NCBI GenBank assembly: GCA_024643655.1
Contig: JAHEMM010000004.1
Coordinates: forward strand, 20,095 to 84,094
DNA length: 64,000 nucleotides
Direction: 5' to 3'
From: Chitinophagaceae bacterium
GTDB taxonomy: Bacteria > Bacteroidota > Bacteroidia > Chitinophagales > Chitinophagaceae
Positions 7,329-17,724 of the stretch are shown here, one piece after another. The position numbers and the translations under genes are program-made. Under the pieces are notes generated by a model. That model was given only the letters and a program-made list of their open reading frames with translations, ran no database searches and had not been told where the DNA came from. How positions within the stretch are numbered: position 1 is the first letter of the stretch; every line of letters starts with the position of its first letter.

Positions 7329-10154
7329 TTATTTACTCAGATACATACTTCTATCCTTATATAATTTTCTGAAGTAAGGGTCTCTTAAGTCTTTTATAAA
7401 GCGGATAGCTTCTCCGGTACTTTTCATTTCAGGCCCTAGTTCCTTATTAACGTTAGGGAATTTATTGAAACTAAATACTGGTTCCTTAATAGCAAAACCT
7501 GTCAGTTTCTTTTCATATGTAAAATCTTTTAATTTATGAGAACCGATCATTACTTTGGTTGCAATATTCAAATAAGGTATCTGATATGCTTTTGCAATAA
7601 ATGGTGTCGTTCTCGAAGCTCTTGGATTTGCTTCAATCACATATACTTTACCGTCTTTAATAGCAAACTGAATATTGATTAATCCACGTATGTTTAATTC
7701 TCTGGCGATTTTTTCTGCATATTCCTCCATGGTATGAACAATCAGTGGTGTAAGATTAAAAGCAGGAAGTACAGCATTACTATCACCGCTATGTATGCCT
7801 GCTGGTTCAATATGTTCCATTACACCCATTACATGAAAGTCTTCTCCATCAAAAATCCCATCGATCTCTGCTTCCTGACAGCGATCAAGAAAATGATCGA
7901 TCAATATTTTATTACCTGGTAAATGTTTTAATAAACTCACAACAGCTTTTTCTACTTCTTCATCATTGATTACAATCCGCATTCTCTGCCCACCTAAAAC
8001 ATAGGAAGGACGAACCAATACGGGGTAACCAACTCGGTTAGCAACTTCAATAGCCTGATCTACATCTTCAGCAGTTCCGTAATCAGGGTAAGGAATTTCT
8101 AATTCTTTTAATCTGTCACTGAAACGGCCGCGGTCTTCGGCAATGTCCATACTATCATAAGAAGTTCCAACAATCTTTATTCCTTTCTCATGTAGTTTTT
8201 TGGCAAGTTTTAAAGCAGTTTGCCCACCTAATTGAACTATTACTCCATATGGTTGCTCATGTTCAATTATCTCCCAGATATGTTCCCAATATACTGGTTC
8301 GAAATATAATTTATCAGCCATATCAAAATCAGTACTTACCGTTTCTGGGTTACAATTCACCATGATGGATTCGTAGCCAGCTTCTTTGATTGCCATTAAT
8401 CCATGTACACAGCAATAATCAAATTCAATACCCTGGCCGATTCGGTTTGGTCCTGATCCTAATACTATAATTTTCTTTTTATCAGACACTTTACTTTCAT
8501 TTGAATTTCCAGATTCAAATGTTGAATAGAAATAAGGTGTCTTAGCTTCAAACTCTGCAGAGCAAGTATCTACCATTTTATATACTCTGGTAATCCCTGC
8601 TGCTTTTCTTTTTTCATACACATCATCTTCATCGCCATGATTTGTAATACGACTAATCTGTTCATCACTAAAACCATTTACTTTAGCTTCTCTTAATAAT
8701 TCAAGTGGAAGGTCGGAAAGATCATATTTACTCATTTCTTTTTCAAGATTCACAATTTTTTGAATCTCGTACAAGAACCATCTATCGATTCCATTGGTAG
8801 CTTTTGAAATACTACTCACAGAAATACCCGCCATTAATGCATCTTTAATCCTGAAGATCCGATCCCATTTAGGTATTTTAATATATTCTAATAATTCATC
8901 GGCATGCATCAGGCTTTTACCATAATAGCCAAGACCAACAGCATTATTTTCTAAACTCTGACATGCTTTTTGAATCGCTTCTGTAAAGCTTCTGCCAATA
9001 CCCATTACTTCACCAACACTTTTCATTTGAAAACCTAAAGTGTCATTTGCTCCTTTGAATTTGTCAAAATTCCAACGGGGAATTTTGACAATTACATAAT
9101 CTAATGCTGGCTCGAAATATGCAGAAGTCGATTTAGTGATTTGATTTTCTAATTCATCAAGATTATAACCAATAGCCAGTTTTGCAGCAATTTTTGCAAT
9201 AGGATAACCAGTTGCTTTACTGGCTAAAGCTGATGAACGGCTTACTCTTGGATTAATTTCAATTGCTAGTACATCTTCCGTATCCGGATTTAATGCAAAT
9301 TGTACATTACAGCCACCGGCAAAATTTCCAAGATCTCTCATCATCTTGATAGCAGTATTCCGCATGACTTGCATAGCAGTATCGCTTAAGGTCATTGCAG
9401 GTGCTATTGTAATTGAATCACCGGTATGCACTCCCATCGGGTCTAAATTCTCAACAGTACAAATGATAGCTACATTGTCTACGGCATCTCTTAATAATTC
9501 CAATTCAAATTCCTTCCAGCCAAGCACAGCTTTTTCTACCAGTACTTCATGTATTGGACTAGCGGTTAATGCTCTGTTCAATGCTTCATCCAGTTCTTCT
9601 TTATGGAAAACTAATCCGCCGCCAGTGCCGCCAAGTGTAAATGACGGTCGTAATACGAGGGGAAATCCTAATTCTTGTGCAATTTCTTTTCCTTCCAGAT
9701 AGGAGTTGGCAATTTTTCCATGAGCAACCGTTATTCCAATGTCAATCATCCATTTTCTGAATTTTTCACGGTCTTCTGCTTTTTCAATAGCCTTTATGTC
9801 AACACCAATTAAACGAACTTTATATTGTTCCCATATCCCAAGCTCCTCGACTTCTTTTGCCAAATTGAGTGCGGTTTGTCCACCCATTGTTGGCAATACT
9901 GCATCAATTTCGTTTTCTTGTAGGATTTGCTCAATACTTTCTACTGTTAATGGGAGCAGATAAACTCTGTCTGCCATCATCGGGTCTGTCATAATGGTGG
10001 CAGGATTGCTGTTAATCAGAACAACTTTAATTCCTTCTTCTCGAAGGCTTTTAGAAGCTTGAGTCCCCGAGTAATCAAATTCACATGCTTGTCCGATAAC
10101 GATTGGGCCTGAACCAATAATCAGTACTGTTTTAATCGAATTGTCTTTTGGCAT
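7329..10154 (-). CDS. carB: carbamoyl-phosphate synthase large subunit, short form without C-terminal allosteric domain
   Basis: 941 aa with two ATP-grasp halves (VLIIGSGPIVIGQACEFDYSG and IIVLGSGPNRIGQGIEFDYC) and an oligomerisation region between them. It ends right after the second synthetase half. Confidence 0.95.
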   Translation of the reverse strand: MPKDNSIKTVLIIGSGPIVIGQACEFDYSGTQASKSLREEGIKVVLINSNPATIMTDPMMADRVYLLPLTVESIEQILQENEIDAVLPTMGGQTALNLAKEVEELGIWEQYKVRLIGVDIKAIEKAEDREKFRKWMIDIGITVAHGKIANSYLEGKEIAQELGFPLVLRPSFTLGGTGGGLVFHKEELDEALNRALTASPIHEVLVEKAVLGWKEFELELLRDAVDNVAIICTVENLDPMGVHTGDSITIAPAMTLSDTAMQVMRNTAIKMMRDLGNFAGGCNVQFALNPDTEDVLAIEINPRVSRSSALASKATGYPIAKIAAKLAIGYNLDELENQITKSTSAYFEPALDYVIVKIPRWNFDKFKGANDTLGFQMKSVGEVMGIGRSFTEAIQKACQSLENNAVGLGYYGKSLMHADELLEYIKIPKWDRIFRIKDALMAGISVSSISKATNGIDRWFLYEIQKIVNLEKEMSKYDLSDLPLELLREAKVNGFSDEQISRITNHGDEDDVYEKRKAAGITRVYKMVDTCSAEFEAKTPYFYSTFESGNSNESKVSDKKKIIVLGSGPNRIGQGIEFDYCCVHGLMAIKEAGYESIMVNCNPETVSTDFDMADKLYFEPVYWEHIWEIIEHEQPYGVIVQLGGQTALKLAKKLHEKGIKIVGTSYDSMDIAEDRGRFSDRLKELEIPYPDYGTAEDVDQAIEVANRVGYPVLVRPSYVLGGQRMRIVINDEEVEKAVVSLLKHLPGNKILIDHFLDRCQEAEIDGIFDGEDFHVMGVMEHIEPAGIHSGDSNAVLPAFNLTPLIVHTMEEYAEKIARELNIRGLINIQFAIKDGKVYVIEANPRASRTTPFIAKAYQIPYLNIATKVMIGSHKLKDFTYEKKLTGFAIKEPVFSFNKFPNVNKELGPEMKSTGEAIRFIKDLRDPYFRKLYKDRSMYLSK

Positions 10155-10221
10155 TTTTTTTTTACAGGAAGAATTCCTGATAAATGATCGGGAAGAAAAA
10201 ATCCCTTATGCTATCGGGATG

Positions 10222-10229
10222 CAAAACTA
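10222..10229 (-). promoter_or_regulatory. candidate -7 promoter element (TAGTTTTG on minus strand) for carB
   Basis: Plus-strand caaaacta, 67 nt upstream of the carB ATG. It is the same decamer TTAGTTTTGC seen upstream of purH. Confidence 0.3.
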
Positions 10230-10270
10230 AGGGAATAGCAGATTAAATTGGAAACTGCGAAAATATTTTT

Positions 10271-10858
10271 TTAAAAACCCTTTGCAGGGGCAGGACGGGG
10301 TATTTTTCTATAAGAGAGTGAATAAGTAGAATCGTATATTTTTTTGTTTTGATCAAGTTGCTCAATGATATAGTTTTTCAACTCAGCTGGGCTATTATAT
10401 TTTTTACGAAATGAAAAATCTTCGCTTACAGCTTTTACAGATATGGTATCATTTGATTTATCCAAAGCCGCTAAGTAATATACCCGTTGTTTCTTTGCTA
10501 TTTCTTTTTGACTTCTTCTTTGTCTTTCTAGTACAATAATATCTGCTACAACATTCATATATCGTTGCGTACCTATATATGAAGTAAAACCTGTAAAATA
10601 AGCTGTATCCGGCATAATCATATTCCCCTTTATTGCTTTACCGTAGCGAATTATTTTATAAGTTGAATCCGTGTCTTTGCTAAAGTCCAGCGCCTCAATG
10701 CCAAACATATCGCTAAAATCTTTTATAATACCGTACCAATAGCCAAATAATGTAGAATCAACTGGCTCAACAGGCTTTGTTTCCAATGCCACTGTTGATT
10801 CAAAAGGACATGCATATAAAATAAAAGTGAGTGGTAATAGCCACAGTAGTCTTTTCAT
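10271..10858 (-). CDS. hypothetical lipoprotein
   Basis: 195 aa. The N-terminus MKRLLWLLPLTFILYAC looks like a lipoprotein signal with Cys. No recognised domain. Confidence 0.65.
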   Translation of the reverse strand: MKRLLWLLPLTFILYACPFESTVALETKPVEPVDSTLFGYWYGIIKDFSDMFGIEALDFSKDTDSTYKIIRYGKAIKGNMIMPDTAYFTGFTSYIGTQRYMNVVADIIVLERQRRSQKEIAKKQRVYYLAALDKSNDTISVKAVSEDFSFRKKYNSPAELKNYIIEQLDQNKKIYDSTYSLSYRKIPRPAPAKGF

Positions 10859-10941
10859 AAATGTTGTTAAAAGCCTAAAAGATACAAAGAATGAAACTTA
10901 TTGCCTATTCAAAAAATCAGTTTTATTGATCTTGCTTATTT

Positions 10942-12732
10942 TTGTGTATGTTTTTTAAGGTTTTATGTTTGACGATACTTATATCTATTTCGTTGTTTCT
11001 TCCAGCTCAGTCTGTTGCCTATCAAAAAGATTATTTTAGAAATCCATTAGGAATTCCAATGGATTTGTCGGCTAATTTTGGTGAACTGAGAGCTAATCAC
11101 TGGCACATGGGATTAGACATTAGAACTCAGCAAAAAGTTGACCTGCCAGTTTATGCAGCAGCCGATGGTTATATTGCACATATTGGTATCCGTTCGCAAA
11201 GTTTTGGCCGATTTATTGTTATCGATCACCCAAACGGACTATCGACTTTGTATGCACATCTCAACGATTTTTTTCCTGAATTGGAACAATATATAGAAGA
11301 GCAACAATACATTAAAGAAAGCTGGGCGATAGAATTAGATCTTACAAAAAATCAATTTCCGGTAACTAAAGGTTCATTCATCGCTTATAGTGGTACTACG
11401 GGGGGTTCTGGTGGCCCTCACCTTCATTTCGAAATTTTTGAAACGAAAAACGAAAAACGATTGAATCCGTTACTTTTTAATTTCCCGATTACGGACAATT
11501 TAAGTCCGACACTCTTAAAATTGGTTATCTATGATCGTAATAAATCTGTTTTTAATCAAACCCCTGTTTTTCATACGTTAAAAAAAACGGATAGTGGTTA
11601 TATTATTCCAAAAGAACCATTGTTGAAAACGGGTATTTCGAAAATGAGCTTTGGTTTACAGGCTTATGATAAGATGACAAGCCGAAGTAGTCAGAATGGA
11701 ATTTATTCAGCTAAATTAATTGTAGATGAAATTCCTCAGGTGGAATTTGTGCTAGACAATATTGATTATAAGGAAACTGTTTATTTAAATGCTCAAATTG
11801 ATTATAAACATAAATTTAATGGTGGATCTTACATTCAGCATTTATCCAAATTGCCAGGTGATAATGGTCCTGCCTATAAAACACTATCTGGTGAAGGCGT
11901 TGTCACATTTTTGGATACGATGATCCACGATATACGCTTAGAAGTTTATGATGCCCATGGCAATAGTTCAGAATTGAAATTTCAGGTTCAGTTTGATGAC
12001 AGCTTGGCTAAAGATTATTTTTATCCGCATGATTATAACCAATGGGTACCCAACAATTCAAATGTTTTAATAAAACCCGAGTTTGAAATTTATCTTTCGA
12101 AAGAAGCGTTGTATGATACGATATCTCCGGTTTACTATTCAATACCAGATGCTACACCATTTACTTTTTCGGCTGCCCATCAGATAGGAGACCCATCCTT
12201 GCCAATGCATAATGATGCTATTGTTAAAATAAAGTTGAATAAGCCGGTGCCAGATCTGTGGCAAGATAAATTATTCATCGTTCGTAAGCAAGGTAATAGT
12301 GTAAGCGTTGAAAAAGCAATTTGGATGGAAAAATGGCTTTCTGCAAAATTTGGCGGATTTGGAAAATTTCAGATACAAGCAGATGTAATACCGCCTGGAA
12401 TTAACGAACTTGGAAAAGGTGATACCATTAACCTGAGCAGAGCCAGTCAAATTGTTTTTACACCAACGGACAATTTTAGTTTAAAAAAGTTTAATGTTAC
12501 TCTCGATGGTAAATGGCTGCGTTTTACTAATGATAAATCCAGAAAGTGGATCTATAAATTTGACGAACGTTGTCCTTATGGAGTACATGAATTAAAGGCA
12601 AGTGCAGAAGATGATGCAGGAAATATTACGGAAAAGACATGGTGGTTCAGAAGAGAAAAATATACGCCACCACCTCCTAAAAAGAAATCCAGTAGCTATA
12701 AAAAGAAGACTCAACCTAAAAAGAAAAATTAA
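10942..12732 (+). CDS. M23 family metallopeptidase with long C-terminal extension
   Basis: Signal peptide, then M23 motifs HWHMGLDIR, DGYIAHIG and GGPHLHFEIF. About 400 further residues of unknown domains follow, ending in a Lys/Pro-rich tail. The start may be the ATG at 10948 rather than the TTG at 10942. Confidence 0.85.
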   Translation: MCMFFKVLCLTILISISLFLPAQSVAYQKDYFRNPLGIPMDLSANFGELRANHWHMGLDIRTQQKVDLPVYAAADGYIAHIGIRSQSFGRFIVIDHPNGLSTLYAHLNDFFPELEQYIEEQQYIKESWAIELDLTKNQFPVTKGSFIAYSGTTGGSGGPHLHFEIFETKNEKRLNPLLFNFPITDNLSPTLLKLVIYDRNKSVFNQTPVFHTLKKTDSGYIIPKEPLLKTGISKMSFGLQAYDKMTSRSSQNGIYSAKLIVDEIPQVEFVLDNIDYKETVYLNAQIDYKHKFNGGSYIQHLSKLPGDNGPAYKTLSGEGVVTFLDTMIHDIRLEVYDAHGNSSELKFQVQFDDSLAKDYFYPHDYNQWVPNNSNVLIKPEFEIYLSKEALYDTISPVYYSIPDATPFTFSAAHQIGDPSLPMHNDAIVKIKLNKPVPDLWQDKLFIVRKQGNSVSVEKAIWMEKWLSAKFGGFGKFQIQADVIPPGINELGKGDTINLSRASQIVFTPTDNFSLKKFNVTLDGKWLRFTNDKSRKWIYKFDERCPYGVHELKASAEDDAGNITEKTWWFRREKYTPPPPKKKSSSYKKKTQPKKKN

Positions 12733-12734
12733 TT

Positions 12735-13199
12735 ATGGTAACATTGAATGAAGGCGATAAAGCACCAGCATTTTCAGGAAAGGATCAAAATGGAGATAAA
12801 ATTTCTTTATCCTCTATGAAAGGCAAAAAAGTAGTAGTCTACTTTTATCCAGCAGATGATACACCTACCTGTACCATACAAGCCTGTAATTTGCGTGACA
12901 ATTATTCTTTGTTGAAAAAAAATGGATTTGAAGTAATAGGGATAAGTCCAGATGAGGTAACAAAACATAAAAAATTCGAAAGTAAATTCAAGCTGCCATT
13001 TACATTAATTGCTGATCCTTCACATACTATTCTTGAAAAGTATGGCGTTTGGGATCAGAAGCAGATGTTTGGAAATAAATATATGGGAGTACTTCGAACA
13101 ACTTTTATGATTGATGAAAAAGGAATCATCCGTAAAATTTTTCTTCGTCCTAAAAGTAAAGCTCATGCAGAAGAGATTATAGAAAGTATGAATTATTAA
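12735..13199 (+). CDS. bcp: thioredoxin-dependent thiol peroxidase (peroxiredoxin Bcp)
   Basis: 154 aa. The motif FYPADDTPTCTIQAC carries the peroxidatic Cys and a resolving Cys 5 residues later. Confidence 0.9.
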   Translation: MVTLNEGDKAPAFSGKDQNGDKISLSSMKGKKVVVYFYPADDTPTCTIQACNLRDNYSLLKKNGFEVIGISPDEVTKHKKFESKFKLPFTLIADPSHTILEKYGVWDQKQMFGNKYMGVLRTTFMIDEKGIIRKIFLRPKSKAHAEEIIESMNY

Positions 13200-13201
13200 C
13201 A

Positions 13202-13522
13202 ATGAAAATAGTGCGAATAAAAGAAAATTCCTTGTTGGCAAAAATTGCTGCTGCTAAAATGAGGTCTGATAAAGTAGCGATCGTTTTTGGGAGCAACATC
13301 CATCTGCACAATACCACAAAAGATGAATTTTTAAACGATAAAGAATGGGTTTGTCATGAATTGAAACATATAGAACAGTTCAAACAAAATGGCTCAGTTG
13401 TGTTCGTTTTTAAATATCTTATTGATTGGATGAAAAAAGGATATTATAATAACAAGTTTGAAGTGGAAGCAAGAAAAAGTGAGAAAGATGTTACTTTGTT
13501 GGAAAAGTTTAGCATTATTTAA
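13202..13522 (+). CDS. small DUF4157-like zincin-motif protein
   Basis: 106 aa with HELKHIEQ (HExxH followed by Q), as in DUF4157/eCIS-core-like domains. It starts 2 nt after the bcp stop. Confidence 0.55.
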   Translation: MKIVRIKENSLLAKIAAAKMRSDKVAIVFGSNIHLHNTTKDEFLNDKEWVCHELKHIEQFKQNGSVVFVFKYLIDWMKKGYYNNKFEVEARKSEKDVTLLEKFSII

Positions 13523-14280
13523 ATAACCCATTCTACATCACCAAAACTAAATTCTTCTTCTAAAGCATGTTGTATTGTTAATTTTCCTGTACGGGAAACA
13601 CTTTTTAAGGTTCCTTCAAAAACTCGGCTCTCTTTTTTTAGTTTCACTTTTTCATTCAGCTTATATAATTGACCTAGATAGTGTTTATAGGTCGTGTCGA
13701 ATCCTGTTTTGATGAATTCATTATATCTCTTTTCCAAACAAACACAAAGTTCTTTTGCCAGATCAATAACTTTAAAATCTTTGCCGGTAATTTGTTTTAA
13801 AGAAACCGGGTTTGGCAAGTCTGGAGAAAATGAAGTTTGATTAATATTAATCCCAATCCCAATTATTGACCATTCCCATTTACTATTTGTAGAAATGATG
13901 TTTTCTATCAGAATACCTCCTGCCTTTCTGTCCTGCCAGTACAAATCATTTGGCCATTTAATTTTTGAAGTATCTCCGGCATATTGCATAAAAAAATCTT
14001 GTAATGCAATAGCTACACATGCACTCAATTGAAATTGTTGTGCAATTTGTAAAGGCGAGGGGTTAATTATAAAGCTAATTGCGATATTTACATCTTTTTG
14101 TGATACCCATTCTTTTCCTCTTTGACCTTTACCAGCTATCTGTTCATGAGTAAAAATAGCCATTCCATTTTGTGCCAAACCAGCATGAATTAGCTGCCGG
14201 GCATAGTTGTTGGTACTGTCAACCGATTGCAGTTCAACGAATGGCAAACCGATGGTTTGTATGGTAGAAAGTTGTGGCAA
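13519..14280 (-). CDS. birA: biotin--[acetyl-CoA-carboxylase] ligase (class I, no HTH)
   Basis: 253 aa with the BPL motif AGKGQRGKEW and KWPNDL. There is no N-terminal DNA-binding domain. Confidence 0.85.
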   Translation of the reverse strand: MPQLSTIQTIGLPFVELQSVDSTNNYARQLIHAGLAQNGMAIFTHEQIAGKGQRGKEWVSQKDVNIAISFIINPSPLQIAQQFQLSACVAIALQDFFMQYAGDTSKIKWPNDLYWQDRKAGGILIENIISTNSKWEWSIIGIGININQTSFSPDLPNPVSLKQITGKDFKVIDLAKELCVCLEKRYNEFIKTGFDTTYKHYLGQLYKLNEKVKLKKESRVFEGTLKSVSRTGKLTIQHALEEEFSFGDVEWVI

Positions 14281-14395
14281 TTAATTGCTATTTTTGACAA
14301 AGTAATGAAGTTTATGGATTAGGGAAGTTTGTTTGTCTTAATTAAAGCTTAACCTAACCAAAAACACTAAATTATAAACGAAAAACAAATTCTAT

Positions 14396-14800
14396 TTGGA
14401 ACAACTGGCATCATTGTCCAACCGCAATAAGAAAAGTGCAGCTCGGTTAACGAAGAACTCGAAAATCATCAAAACCATCATTGCAGCTATTCAGGAGAAA
14501 AAAGGGGAGAATATCATTTCTCTAGACCTGAGAAAAATAAATGAAGCGGTGGCTGACTTTTTTATTATTTGTGAGGCAAGTAATTCGACACAGGTAAAAG
14601 CATTAGCAGAAAATATTGAGTTCAGAATAGATGAAAAATGCGAAGAGAAACCTTATCATCATGAGGGTTTTCAACAACTTCAATGGGTGTTGATAGATTA
14701 TGTAAATGTTGTAGTGCATGTTATGCAATCAGAAACGAGAAAGTTCTATCAACTTGAAGAAATGTGGAGTGATGCGGCTTCGCAGGAGCACAACGAATAA
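14396..14800 (+). CDS. rsfS: ribosome silencing factor RsfS
   Basis: 134 aa with RsfS/IojAP-like motifs (ISLDL, DFFIICEA, WVLIDY..VVHV). It has a TTG start, so the start is uncertain. It lies upstream of ftsH, as in many bacteria. Confidence 0.8.
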   Translation: MEQLASLSNRNKKSAARLTKNSKIIKTIIAAIQEKKGENIISLDLRKINEAVADFFIICEASNSTQVKALAENIEFRIDEKCEEKPYHHEGFQQLQWVLIDYVNVVVHVMQSETRKFYQLEEMWSDAASQEHNE

Positions 14801-14873
14801 TGTTAAAAAAATTATTTTTTACAACTTTTTGATTGATTAATCATTAATAAGCAGGAGAATATAAGAAAAAAAT

Positions 14874-16982
14874 ATGTCACAAGAATCGAACGATAGAAAC
14901 GAAAACAGGCCACCCAGATTTGGTAATAAACCTCCTGGTGGTGATCCTAATCAGCCGGTAAAAAAAGGACCAAAGTTCAGTATATATTGGATTTATGCAA
15001 TCATATTTGCGGTTCTCATTGGATTTCAGTTTTTTGGTCCATTTTCACCAAATACAGCAAAAACAAACAACCTGGCTTTTAAAAGCTTGATTGTAGCTGG
15101 AGATATCAGTAAATATGAAATTATTGATAATAAAAAAACAGTTAAGATATATCTTACTCCTGCTGGAATAGAAAAGCATAAAGTTCAATTAAAAGAAAGT
15201 ATTAGTGGGAAGATAAGTGAGAAAGGGCCTCATATGTATTTCAAATATTCTGGCGATTTTGAAAAACAAATGGATGATTTTTATCAGCAAGCGGGGATAC
15301 CTACTGATAAGCAAGTGAAATATGAAGTTTCAAACGAAAAAGACTGGTTTGGAGGAATTCTGCAATTCTTATTACCTGTTTTATTATTTGTTGGACTTTG
15401 GATATTGTTAATGCGTAAAATGGGCGGTGGCGCCGGAGGTGGCGCTGGTGGCCCCGGTGGTATCTTCAATATTGGTAAATCAAAAGCTACTTTGTTTGAT
15501 AAAGGTACAAAAGTCAATATCACTTTTGCAGATGTTGCAGGGTTGGATGAAGCGAAAGTAGAAGTAATGGAGATAGTTGACTTTTTAAAGAACCCTAAAA
15601 AATATACTAATCTGGGTGGTAAAATTCCAAAAGGTGCCTTATTAGTTGGCCCTCCAGGTACAGGTAAAACATTATTGGCTAAAGCAGTAGCTGGGGAGGC
15701 ACAGGTTCCATTCTTTAGTTTGAGTGGTTCGGATTTTGTAGAAATGTTTGTAGGAGTAGGGGCTAGTCGTGTTAGAGATTTATTTAAACAGGCAAGGGAA
15801 AAAGCGCCTTGTATCATTTTTATTGATGAAATTGATGCTATTGGCCGTGCAAGAGGAAAGAATGCCATGATGAGTAATGATGAAAGAGAAAGTACTTTAA
15901 ATCAATTATTGGTAGAAATGGATGGCTTTGGTACCGATGTAGGTATTATTGTAGTTGCCGCAACGAATCGTCCGGATGTATTAGATACAGCGTTATTGCG
16001 CCCTGGTCGTTTCGATCGACAGATCACTATTGATAAGCCAGATCTTGTAGGTCGTGAAGCAATTTTTAAAGTACATCTTGGTCCAATAAAGATTTCAAAA
16101 ACATTAGATATACATAAACTGGCTGAACAAACTCCCGGATTTGCCGGGGCAGATATTGCCAATGTATGTAATGAAGCAGCATTGATAGCTGCAAGAAAGA
16201 ATAAGGAAGCGGTGGATATGCAAGATTTTCAGGATGCTGTGGATAGAGTAATAGGTGGTTTAGAAAAAAAGAACAAAATCATTTCTCCTGAAGAAAAAAG
16301 AATCATAGCCTTTCACGAAGCAGGACATGCTGTATGTGGATGGTATCTGGAACATGCATACCCATTATTGAAAGTAACTATTGTGCCAAGAGGTTCTGCA
16401 GCATTAGGATATGCGCAATACACTCCTAAAGAACAATTTTTATATAACATAGATCAATTAACCGATCAAATTTGTATGACATTGGGTGGAAGAGCCAGCG
16501 AAGAGATTTTCTTTAATAAAATTTCTACCGGTGCTCAAAACGATTTACAGCAGATTACAAAAACAGCTTATGCAATGGTTACTGTTTATGGTATGAGCGA
16601 AAAAGTAGGGAATATCAGTTATTATGATCCGCATCAGGAAACTACATTTACTAAACCTTATTCTGACGAAACAGCCAAGATGATCGATGGTGAAGTTCGT
16701 AAACTAATTGACGATGCATATATAAAGACCAAAGAATTATTGAAAGAAAAGAAAGACGATGTAGAAAAGATTGCAACAGCATTATTGGAAAGAGAAGTTT
16801 TATTTCAAAGCGATGTAGAAGCATTGATTGGTAAAAGGCCTTTTGAAGAAAAGAAACCTTTGACGGATGCAGTTGTGGAAGAAGTTGTGGAAGAGACTGA
16901 TAGTGTTCCTGCGCCAAAAAAAGAAGACGAAACGTCAACCGATGATACAGTAGGAGATATTGGTTTGGCCCCATCCATTTAA
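14874..16982 (+). CDS. ftsH: ATP-dependent zinc metalloprotease FtsH
   Basis: 702 aa with two TM segments, Walker A GPPGTGKT, Walker B IIFIDEID, the SRH region and the zinc motif HEAGHA. Confidence 0.97.
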   Translation: MSQESNDRNENRPPRFGNKPPGGDPNQPVKKGPKFSIYWIYAIIFAVLIGFQFFGPFSPNTAKTNNLAFKSLIVAGDISKYEIIDNKKTVKIYLTPAGIEKHKVQLKESISGKISEKGPHMYFKYSGDFEKQMDDFYQQAGIPTDKQVKYEVSNEKDWFGGILQFLLPVLLFVGLWILLMRKMGGGAGGGAGGPGGIFNIGKSKATLFDKGTKVNITFADVAGLDEAKVEVMEIVDFLKNPKKYTNLGGKIPKGALLVGPPGTGKTLLAKAVAGEAQVPFFSLSGSDFVEMFVGVGASRVRDLFKQAREKAPCIIFIDEIDAIGRARGKNAMMSNDERESTLNQLLVEMDGFGTDVGIIVVAATNRPDVLDTALLRPGRFDRQITIDKPDLVGREAIFKVHLGPIKISKTLDIHKLAEQTPGFAGADIANVCNEAALIAARKNKEAVDMQDFQDAVDRVIGGLEKKNKIISPEEKRIIAFHEAGHAVCGWYLEHAYPLLKVTIVPRGSAALGYAQYTPKEQFLYNIDQLTDQICMTLGGRASEEIFFNKISTGAQNDLQQITKTAYAMVTVYGMSEKVGNISYYDPHQETTFTKPYSDETAKMIDGEVRKLIDDAYIKTKELLKEKKDDVEKIATALLEREVLFQSDVEALIGKRPFEEKKPLTDAVVEEVVEETDSVPAPKKEDETSTDDTVGDIGLAPSI

Positions 16983-16993
16983 TTGATACAAGT

Positions 16994-17629
16994 ATGAATG
17001 TTTCTCCATCGAAAGAAAACATACTAAAAAAAATCCGCAAGGCGTTGAGTCACTCAACGCCTTTGCCATTTCCACAAAGCGAAGGAAACCAGACTGTTTT
17101 TAACCCATTGGACCAGGAAATTGAAGTTGAGTTTGCAGAGCATTTTACAAGTTTGCAGGGCAAATTCATTTATTGTATCAATCAACAGGAATTTGCTTTT
17201 CAATTAAGTAGCTTATTAAAAAAACAAAACTGGCAAAAAATATTTTGTGTAGAAGATAAATTGATTGCTTCTGTTGCCAATCAGTTTTCCGAAAAATTAA
17301 TCAAAGAAGATTTAGCAGGTTGCGATGTTTCTATTACCGGTTGCGAATATCTGGTGGCCAGAACAGGTTCTATAGTAATGAGTGCTGCACAGGAAAGCGG
17401 CCGAACTACGAGTGTGTATGCTCCCATTCATGTTTGTATTGCATTTACCAACCAATTGGTATATGATATAAAGGATGCATTAGCTGCCACAAAAAATAAA
17501 TATGGCGATAAACTGCCTTCTATGATCACTTTTGCTACCGGTCCAAGTCGTACGGCTGATATTGAAAAAACGTTGGTAGTAGGTGTTCACGGACCGAAGG
17601 AAGTTTATTTATTTTTAGTGGAGTCGTAA
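16994..17629 (+). CDS. LUD domain-containing protein (LutC/YkgG-like)
   Basis: 211 aa. The overall pattern resembles LutC-family LUD domains from memory. It starts 12 nt after ftsH. Confidence 0.65.
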   Translation: MNVSPSKENILKKIRKALSHSTPLPFPQSEGNQTVFNPLDQEIEVEFAEHFTSLQGKFIYCINQQEFAFQLSSLLKKQNWQKIFCVEDKLIASVANQFSEKLIKEDLAGCDVSITGCEYLVARTGSIVMSAAQESGRTTSVYAPIHVCIAFTNQLVYDIKDALAATKNKYGDKLPSMITFATGPSRTADIEKTLVVGVHGPKEVYLFLVES

Positions 17630-17724
17630 TATCTTTATTTTATTCAATAAGCCATCATCATCTTCTCATTTTACTATTCATTTACTCACTGGTAGGTTTC
17701 AAACTCTTAGCTTATCTTTATACC

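Noticed and set aside
10194-10229. Idea that the hairpin atcccgatagcataagggat plus U-run upstream of carB is a pyrimidine-responsive attenuator.
   Set aside because: If the TAGTTTTG motif at 10222-10229 is the promoter, transcription would start inside the hairpin, so it could not form in the carB leader. It is more simply a weak 5-bp terminator for the upstream lipoprotein gene.
15420-15465. Locally GC-rich GGN-repeat stretch (ggcggtggcgccggaggtggcgctggtggccccggtggt).
   Set aside because: It encodes the Gly-rich linker [13 protein letters not shown] after TM2 of FtsH. It is a coding feature, not a repeat element.
15284-15868. 194-aa minus-strand ORF inside ftsH, plus 15902-16162 and 16651-17040.
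   Set aside because: It is antisense to a highly conserved, confidently identified gene. Its Pro/Ala-rich translation is just the mirror of the Gly/Ala-rich FtsH segment.
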